IMG/VR virus record: IMGVR_UViG_3300025141_000046
Span: 1-64,000 of that record
Strand: one strand, 5' to 3'
Length of the DNA stretch: 64,000 nucleotides
Source: a virus
Positions 57,215-64,000 of the stretch are shown here, piece after piece. Position numbers and translations under genes: made by a program. The notes beneath the pieces are model-generated. The model was not told where the DNA came from, made no database searches, and saw only the letters and a list, made by a program, of their open reading frames with translations. Positions within the stretch are counted from its first letter, which is position 1; every line of letters starts with the position of its first letter.

Positions 57215-59344
57215 TTAGATGCTAACAACAGTAGTTATAGCATCATCTGTAAGTAGGTCGAAATTAAAGTGGATGCTTCCAGTCTTTGCAGTATTTAGTA
57301 AATAATCTTTTAAAGATCCACTTAGCAGTAACTGCCCGTTTACAAATACATCTACCTTATTGAAATCATAGTTTACATTTGAAAAATTTGCTGATATGTC
57401 ACAGTCTTGTCCTGCACCTATTGGTGAGTTGATGATTCTGATAGATTTTACCCTTTCCTGATTCTTGAAGCCTATTGTAATGCTTCCGTTGGAAGCACTT
57501 GATATGTTTATACCGGCGCCTCCAATAAGATAACTAGAGCCGCCCTGGAGCCTTGTTAGAGAACCTGACAATCCATCGCTTGCGTGTATCGGCCCTTTAA
57601 AGTTGGATCCCCCGTCGGACCCAGTAAAAAATAATGTTCCCGGAGAGCTCAGTGTAATTGTTCTTTTTGTAAGCTCTGCTGATCCAGACATCTTAAGCTG
57701 GCCGCAGGCGCCATTGTGTAGATCAAATAGATCTATAATTCCAGTATAAGATCCAAGCTCTAAAGAGCTGCTAGCAAATACTTTTACTTTTCCTTTGAGA
57801 TTCTGAATTCTTGCAACATCACCCAGTTCTGGATTGATATCCAAAGATCCTGTCACAGCTAGTCCACCTGCCACCTTCAAGGGAGAGCCTCCATGAAGTG
57901 TTCCTGATATTACGACGTCACCACCAAATACTGAGGTGCCTCTTGTTGTAGTTCCTTTTGATCCAGCCGAACCTGATACGAAGAAAGCAATGTCGGAACA
58001 TTTTTCTGGTTGTATTGCTGCGCTGTGCATTCCAGAACCTGAAAGAAAAATCACTTGCCTTTTATTGCTATTGTAATAGTCTCCCATCCTCAAAATTTCT
58101 TCAACTGTTGAGCCATTAAACACGTTAAATACTAAATCGTTAGTATTACCTACATGAACAATAGAGGCTCCGGTGACGCCAGCTGCTCCAGCAAAATCCA
58201 AAGTCCCGTCTTCTGCTTGAGCCTCTCTTTGTATTCTAACTCCAGGGTCTGAATCTTTTATATGAAGTGTGGTTGCTGGTCCATTCAATCCAATTCCAAC
58301 TCTATTTGTATCACCCCTAATATATAGTGTGTTATCATCGCCGCTTGTCTTGACTTGGAAATCTACGTCGCCGCCATCGCCAATTATCACAGTATCTTGA
58401 CTGTGTTCTTTTAGTGTCAGCAATGTTTCATTTCCGGCAGAAAACGTTATTTGATCAGATTCAAATCTTAGAAAAGTGTCTGGATCGTTTTTGTGATAAA
58501 GATACTCACCTAGATGCATGTTGCCTGCAGCACCAAGCGAGCCTGTAATTCCTACGTTTCCAGAAAATTGAGAACCCGTCAGTGTCGCAACGACAGAATC
58601 CAATATATTCAGTGTGTAAGCATTGCCAGCACCAGCATCAACTGATGCTAAACCAATTCCCGGTGTAAAAACTCTTTCGTCAGAAAGTGATCCCGTTGCA
58701 GATAGAACAAGATATTCAGCATTTGGATCTCCTCCGCTGCCGCCGCCCGTGATCTTATCTTTTACAGATGCTCCAATATAGAGAAATGCGTCTACATATC
58801 TTGGATTCTGGTTGCTATCACCTGTTGCCGGTGGGTCCTGTTGGAAAAATATTCCATTAAAATAGTCAAGATTCCAATCTCTTGCATCTAAAACTGGTAT
58901 TTGAGTCTGTACATTACTGGCTGAATGATATGGAATTGATTCATAGTCCATAGAGAATGAAGTGGGAACAAGCTGTAGAGATCCACTTGTAATGTATATG
59001 ATCTGACTATTTAAAAAAGGATATGTACCTTTTTTTGAATTTGAAGAGTTTGCCTCATAGTCATCTGGTAGCTGTAATGAAAACCCATGTCTTCCGCTGG
59101 CTGTATCTGTACCTGGAATAAACGAAGCAGATAGCCTTAAATACTCGACAGCACCGCCAGTTGTAGCATATAGCGATGCCTTGCTCGGATTTGTAGGAAT
59201 TACATCACCAAATATAGTCTCTGATGATAATGTGAGGCCAGTTGGAAGACCTTCATTTGCAAGATCTTTATCATTAGAAGTTTGCGCTTTTCCACTTAAC
59301 TTCTTAATCGATATATTAATTTTAGTGGTATCTGAAAGTGCCAT
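57215..59344 (-). CDS. Tail fibre-like virion protein
   Basis: DWNLDYFNGIFFQ, DPNAEYLVL...LSDERVFTPG, RVGIG..GPATTLHI, C-terminal DVFVNGQLL domain. Confidence 0.65.
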   Translation of the reverse strand: MALSDTTKINISIKKLSGKAQTSNDKDLANEGLPTGLTLSSETIFGDVIPTNPSKASLYATTGGAVEYLRLSASFIPGTDTASGRHGFSLQLPDDYEANSSNSKKGTYPFLNSQIIYITSGSLQLVPTSFSMDYESIPYHSASNVQTQIPVLDARDWNLDYFNGIFFQQDPPATGDSNQNPRYVDAFLYIGASVKDKITGGGSGGDPNAEYLVLSATGSLSDERVFTPGIGLASVDAGAGNAYTLNILDSVVATLTGSQFSGNVGITGSLGAAGNMHLGEYLYHKNDPDTFLRFESDQITFSAGNETLLTLKEHSQDTVIIGDGGDVDFQVKTSGDDNTLYIRGDTNRVGIGLNGPATTLHIKDSDPGVRIQREAQAEDGTLDFAGAAGVTGASIVHVGNTNDLVFNVFNGSTVEEILRMGDYYNSNKRQVIFLSGSGMHSAAIQPEKCSDIAFFVSGSAGSKGTTTRGTSVFGGDVVISGTLHGGSPLKVAGGLAVTGSLDINPELGDVARIQNLKGKVKVFASSSLELGSYTGIIDLFDLHNGACGQLKMSGSAELTKRTITLSSPGTLFFTGSDGGSNFKGPIHASDGLSGSLTRLQGGSSYLIGGAGINISSASNGSITIGFKNQERVKSIRIINSPIGAGQDCDISANFSNVNYDFNKVDVFVNGQLLLSGSLKDYLLNTAKTGSIHFNFDLLTDDAITTVVSI

Positions 59345-59351
59345 TAAATTC

Positions 59352-61784
59352 TCACAGCCACGTTATAGAAACGGTGTTAACATTTCCAGTAAATGAAGCA
59401 TCTGCCTCTATTTTTAACATAATATACTCATTGGAGTCTACGAATACGGTTCCAAATGTTGCATCATTTGTTGCATTTAGCGTGCTATCTAAAGATCCAT
59501 TAAGGCAACCATCACCATCTCCTGTTTGCCCTGTTGAGAATGCAACTGCAAGATCCATCCAGCCAGTAGTCTGATTTCCTGATGTTGTAGGCAGCTTGGC
59601 AAGAACTGAAATATTTCCAGTTCCAAGGTTAGTTCCTTGTGAAACTATAGTTCCAGATCCATTAACTGAAAGTCTAAAATCTGTCTTTGCGCCGCCTGTA
59701 TTGTTTTGAAAATATCTATAAAATGTTCTCTTTCCAGAGCCTATATTGCTATAATTTACATTTTCATCAGGCCCGTTTGAAATTGACCCTCCGTCAGAAG
59801 TGTTTCTAAAATCTCCACTATTTGCCCCTTGCTGTGGCGCACGAAGTCTACTATTGTAAAACATAAGGCCGTCTTCATATCCAACATTTGTTCCGCTCAT
59901 GTGAACAGATGACACCCAGTCATTAGAATTGCTAGTAACGTCTGACTGTGAACCGTAACTTCCAGAAATTTTTCTATAGTTTTCTAATCTAAACGTCTCA
60001 GATGTCGACGTAGAAGTGTTTGATAAGTTATAAAGTAGTATTCCGCTTATCGACTCTGAGCCGCCACTTGAAATATTGGACTTGAGTGGGTGCGGAACAT
60101 TAACGCTTACAGATATAGAATTGTCTAAAATTGGGTCTGAATTTATTGTAGCTGAACCTGTTATGTGAAGAACTTTTTGCTCGTTTTCTCCGTTGCTATA
60201 ATCTATAACAGGGAGAGCCTGTGAGGAGACACTGCAATTAGTTCCATTAAATGTTATGTTATTTTGAGAATAAACATTTCTATATGCGTTTGTGACTCTA
60301 GCCCTGTACTCTGCAGTTCCTCCTGTATTGTATCTTACACCTGATAGTGTATTCATGCCTGTCATAGAAAGTGTATCTAGAGCTGAGCCAGCTGCTGCTA
60401 AGGTATTGTTATCACTATCATTTACCCATTCTACGTAATTGCATGTTGTGTCAACACCTGAGATTGTGTGAACTACTCTTAAATAGTTCCACCCGTTTCT
60501 TTGATCAGATGTTGCGACCGTATAGGTTCCTTGACGGTGCTGGAATGTGTCAAAATTGCTACCATTACTAAAATGACCGGGTGTGGTCACAGAAAGATTG
60601 AACCCAGAACCGTTTCCATTCACAGAATTTCCAGATCCAAATGAGCTGAGATCTACAGAATGAATCTCTGTCGAATTATTGTTCACAAAAAGCTTTAGAA
60701 TCCCCTGATTGCCATTTCCAAAAGAATCAGCTGCGTAATTCGGACTATCTGCCGGAACGTCTGCGTTAAGTGTACCATCTATTACTGTCGCTCCGGTAAA
60801 ACACGCAACGCGCACATCATTACTAACTGTTGTAGAGCTATAGCTTCCATTAATATTAACGTCAGACAGGCTGGAGGCAGGTGATGAAAGAGTGGATGGC
60901 TGAGCATTTATATACCCTACGATCGACTGAGTCGATCCAAATGAAAGATTTGCATTGGCACCCGAATCATTACAGTCTATATCGTCTAGTGATGGTGCTG
61001 CTGCAGGAGCAAGACCCTTCAGCACCTCGTTGAATCTATCAATAGCTGTTCCAACTGGTGTCCCAGAAAAGAAATCAGTAAATAGACCGTCAGAATAAGA
61101 TCCGTCTTCTGCATTTCCTATTGATCCTGTTAGTGCTACTACACCTGCACCTTCATCACTCAGGATTGCCAAATTCGTTACATTAAGCTGCGTTACATTT
61201 CCAACATCAGTAGATCCAGATTTAACGTTAGACCCATTATCTGTAGAAGAAACAGTTATTTGACCAGCTGAACTTGATGATATTGTGACATTGTTTCCTG
61301 CAGCTATAAAAGAAGCACCGCTAGGCAGACGAGTTAGTGAAGCTGAAAGATTGGAAACCGTTAGTGTGTTTGTAGTCTTGTTGAATGTAAAATTAGCGTC
61401 GCCGCCGAATGCTGCGCTGTCATTAAACTGAACCTGTGTATTAGATCCGCCTGGATTTCCAGAACCTCCGCTTCCAAATGCGGTCCATTGCGGATTTAAT
61501 CCGACATTATTTTTAAATTCGAGAGTTCCATTATTATCTCTGAATCCATATCCAGATGTTCCAGGTGCAATTCCAAAATTTATGTAATCACTAGCAGAGA
61601 CAAGAAGGCTTCCTGAGACTGATACATTTCCGTAGACATGGAGTCCCTCTCTAAAGTACGGACTGTCAAGACCTACTTCTGTCCTATTTGGAAATTGTAT
61701 CGAATGAATATTACCCGTTCTGCTCTCTCTAGTGACTAATCTATCAGATTTTTTTAATATTTCATTTTTTACTTTGCTTCCCAT
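59352..61784 (-). CDS. Fibre/baseplate-associated virion protein
   Basis: PGGSNTQVQFND..AFGGDANFTF fibre motif; IG.AEDGSYSDGLF...AIDRFNEVLK.LAP; S/N/G/T-rich beta domains. Confidence 0.65.
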   Translation of the reverse strand: MGSKVKNEILKKSDRLVTRESRTGNIHSIQFPNRTEVGLDSPYFREGLHVYGNVSVSGSLLVSASDYINFGIAPGTSGYGFRDNNGTLEFKNNVGLNPQWTAFGSGGSGNPGGSNTQVQFNDSAAFGGDANFTFNKTTNTLTVSNLSASLTRLPSGASFIAAGNNVTISSSSAGQITVSSTDNGSNVKSGSTDVGNVTQLNVTNLAILSDEGAGVVALTGSIGNAEDGSYSDGLFTDFFSGTPVGTAIDRFNEVLKGLAPAAAPSLDDIDCNDSGANANLSFGSTQSIVGYINAQPSTLSSPASSLSDVNINGSYSSTTVSNDVRVACFTGATVIDGTLNADVPADSPNYAADSFGNGNQGILKLFVNNNSTEIHSVDLSSFGSGNSVNGNGSGFNLSVTTPGHFSNGSNFDTFQHRQGTYTVATSDQRNGWNYLRVVHTISGVDTTCNYVEWVNDSDNNTLAAAGSALDTLSMTGMNTLSGVRYNTGGTAEYRARVTNAYRNVYSQNNITFNGTNCSVSSQALPVIDYSNGENEQKVLHITGSATINSDPILDNSISVSVNVPHPLKSNISSGGSESISGILLYNLSNTSTSTSETFRLENYRKISGSYGSQSDVTSNSNDWVSSVHMSGTNVGYEDGLMFYNSRLRAPQQGANSGDFRNTSDGGSISNGPDENVNYSNIGSGKRTFYRYFQNNTGGAKTDFRLSVNGSGTIVSQGTNLGTGNISVLAKLPTTSGNQTTGWMDLAVAFSTGQTGDGDGCLNGSLDSTLNATNDATFGTVFVDSNEYIMLKIEADASFTGNVNTVSITWL

Positions 61785-61793
61785 ATTGCCCCT

Positions 61794-64000
61794 TTATGGT
61801 CCCGGTGTCCAGGGACCAAAGAGCACAGGACCTGTCATGTATGGCGATATTGTTGGTTCTGGTCCAGTAGGCGGAGTCATTGTAGTACCGCTGGATCCGC
61901 CGCTGCCTGGAGTAAATGTTGCTCCTCCGTATGTAAAGCCAGACCCGATCAAGGCTGGTGATGCAGAGATTGCCGAGCTGGTTGAGCTGCTGGTGCTTGA
62001 TGTGAATGTCCCAGGCGCGGTCACGACGGGGATTCCTGGAACCATTGTAACGAGCTCACTACTCACGAGCAGCGGATCCGCTGAAGATCTGTCAGAATAC
62101 GGATATGAAGATGTATACTCAAAGCTAAAGTTAGCAGAATCTGTGGCAAACGGGCTTACTGTAGTTGAACCATTAAGGCTGCTTACAAATTTTACCTGAA
62201 TGGGTGATTCATCAATTGCTGCATTTCTCCCACCCGCTACTGATAGAAAGAACTTCCCATACGGTCTTTGCTCTAGCATATCTCTAATTTGTCCAAACCT
62301 GTCTCTTCTAAATTTTGCAACTGGTTTTGCAAGAACAGGGCTAATCATCCCATATCTTGGCCCGAAAGATCCCGTGATATTATATGAAAATTCGTTCATA
62401 TTAGTCGGTCCTATTTTTGCTCTATACGAAAATCCTCTGTTAAAGAGCGTAACATATGATAGTTTGCTATAATCTGTTGATAAAACTTCTTTCACCCTGG
62501 TTGATGAAAAAGATCCAGATGAGGGTATAAGCCTAAGATAGAAGTTTTGATGTGTGTATCTATCCGGGTTTCCCTTATATGGGTACGCTGTAACTCGGTG
62601 AAGATTTGCAACGTCTGCATAAATCCTGTGTGTAAATGTTCCAGATGAAATTTTCCAGGCTCTTATAAAGTTAGTCTGATCTCTCTCGGCAAAATCCACT
62701 ACATCGGGAGCCATGCTGTCGTAATATGTCTCGATCATATCTGGGAATGATACAAATCTCTGAAGTGAGACGATATTGCTAGCTCCCATCACAGCAGAGG
62801 TTTTCTTTGTAACGAAGTGTGGATCTCCCGCGAGCTCTTTTATATTTCTATTCCATATCACAAAGTCATTGTCATCATCTCCGATAAAGGACGCAGGTGA
62901 TCCGACTTTATTATCTGCTGTCGGGGATGAAATAACACTGGGATTTGTTGATGCTCCGTCGATACCTCTTCTATTTTTTGAGTGAAGTGAGACTACTGAA
63001 CGTGCTGTTCTAAACCCAGCATCTGTATTAATTCTATTAAATGATGGTTCTGCTAGCGGAACACTATTTGAAAAATTGAGCGCATTTTGTGAAACGTTAA
63101 GTTTACCATATACAAAATTATCAACATAAGATCCCGAGAGATCGAGCCTGCTGGCAATATCAAACTGATCTAGTACACGTCTTGTACCGATTGCCTCATG
63201 AATTGCATTTGATGTAAGTCCTTGATTTGTCGTAACCAGGACTTCGCTGTTTAGCTTGACCTGGCTACCAAAGAGAGTCAGACTCGCACTACCGGTCAAA
63301 ATCTTCATAAAGGATCCTGACATGCAACCTAGAATTTCCATAGGTGACAATGATCTGTAAAATCCAAGGTCACGGCCAGCATCTACGGGTGTTGCACGAC
63401 CAATATAATTAGTCATTGTCCCAGGTCCACCTCCAGCGAGGCCACTCGATGAGCATGGCAGCATAGATATGCCAGCATCGATGCCAAGTATTAACTCATC
63501 ACCTGGCTGAAAAAGGTATGGTGACACCTCAGACGAGGGTCTTGCACCAAAGAGAATTGGATAGGAAGGTGTGCCAGAGATACCCCAGTCGTGGCCAGTA
63601 TATCCTAGCATTCCTATGCTTGATAGATTGCTATTTATAGTCCCATCACTATCTTGAAGTGAGTGAAGGTCATCTCCGTCTATATTAAATTTGCCAGCGC
63701 CCAGATATGTCTTAAATTGTCTCGGGTCTCTCACAACACTGTCAGAGCCTACAGACTTCATAGTATCCCGTATGTAGGATGGAGCCTTATTGGATGATGT
63801 AAGCGCAAAGGGCACTAATCCCGCTGCGAGCTGGTCACCAGCGATGAACACATCTTCATTTGAAACAACTGTATTTATTGTACTATTGGCAGTCAAGCTT
63901 GAAGAAGGTATTTGATCACCGCCCTGCCACCAGTCCTGTGTTATTACTGATCTCTGCGTTGGATTCAAGAACCCAGTATTAGATGTTCCAGAGCCCTTAA
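61794..64000 (-). CDS. Large virion structural protein, 5'-truncated by the window edge
   Basis: Frame stays open beyond the listed 63968 start to the edge; SPYLFQPGDELILG and FRRDRFGQIRDMLEQR motifs; P/T/S-rich tail. Confidence 0.65.
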   Translation of the reverse strand, partial: KGSGTSNTGFLNPTQRSVITQDWWQGGDQIPSSSLTANSTINTVVSNEDVFIAGDQLAAGLVPFALTSSNKAPSYIRDTMKSVGSDSVVRDPRQFKTYLGAGKFNIDGDDLHSLQDSDGTINSNLSSIGMLGYTGHDWGISGTPSYPILFGARPSSEVSPYLFQPGDELILGIDAGISMLPCSSSGLAGGGPGTMTNYIGRATPVDAGRDLGFYRSLSPMEILGCMSGSFMKILTGSASLTLFGSQVKLNSEVLVTTNQGLTSNAIHEAIGTRRVLDQFDIASRLDLSGSYVDNFVYGKLNVSQNALNFSNSVPLAEPSFNRINTDAGFRTARSVVSLHSKNRRGIDGASTNPSVISSPTADNKVGSPASFIGDDDNDFVIWNRNIKELAGDPHFVTKKTSAVMGASNIVSLQRFVSFPDMIETYYDSMAPDVVDFAERDQTNFIRAWKISSGTFTHRIYADVANLHRVTAYPYKGNPDRYTHQNFYLRLIPSSGSFSSTRVKEVLSTDYSKLSYVTLFNRGFSYRAKIGPTNMNEFSYNITGSFGPRYGMISPVLAKPVAKFRRDRFGQIRDMLEQRPYGKFFLSVAGGRNAAIDESPIQVKFVSSLNGSTTVSPFATDSANFSFEYTSSYPYSDRSSADPLLVSSELVTMVPGIPVVTAPGTFTSSTSSSTSSAISASPALIGSGFTYGGATFTPGSGGSSGTTMTPPTGPEPTISPYMTGPVLFGPWTPGP

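Larger units (their letters stand above)
1..64000 (-). other. Virion morphogenesis region of a large T4-like myovirus genome
   Basis: Co-oriented terminase, portal, protease, T4 gp23-type capsid, neck, sheath, tube, tape measure and baseplate genes; no host genes or integrase in the window. Confidence 0.96.

Noticed and set aside
368-62985. Many plus-strand ORFs of 60-170 aa and short nested minus-strand ORFs
   Set aside because: They overlap long motif-bearing minus-strand genes, show no recognisable motifs, and have the composition of antisense or alternate-frame shadows
1-64000. CRISPR arrays, tRNA/rRNA genes, IS elements, diversity-generating retroelement repeats
   Set aside because: Intergenic gaps are all under about 160 nt with no repeat-spacer or cloverleaf pattern; no transposase or reverse transcriptase; the fibre repeats are tandem coding duplications

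Overview
This window is the head-tail morphogenesis region of a large T4-like contractile-tailed phage (myovirus). About 45 closely packed genes all lie on the minus strand, in the standard genetic code, many with GGAG/GAGG Shine-Dalgarno sites. In transcription order (right to left) it holds: fibre/baseplate-peripheral proteins (the first cut by the right edge); a J-domain gene pair; large baseplate proteins; an embedded recombination/replication island (RuvC-like resolvase, primase, fused Mre11-Rad50); terminase large subunit, portal, prohead protease, small core proteins, scaffold and an enlarged major capsid protein; neck proteins and tail terminator; two tandem tail sheath paralogues; tail tube; a gp26/gp51-like chaperone pair; tape measure; tube initiator; LysM/gp53-like wedge; and a baseplate hub gene running off the left edge that the ORF track missed. 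The most notable signal is a short motif, (hydrophobic)-[S/T]-[G/A/S]-[S/T], that is dense in structurally unrelated outer virion proteins and nearly absent from enzymes and lumenal proteins; it is a candidate virion glycosylation or modification sequon. Other signals are a non-T4 late promoter (ATAnTTA) alongside sigma70-type promoters, a U7 slip site joining the tail chaperone genes, and a possible split tail-collar domain shared by four genes. All product calls come from motif recognition and synteny, and motif counts were made by eye; no searches were run.
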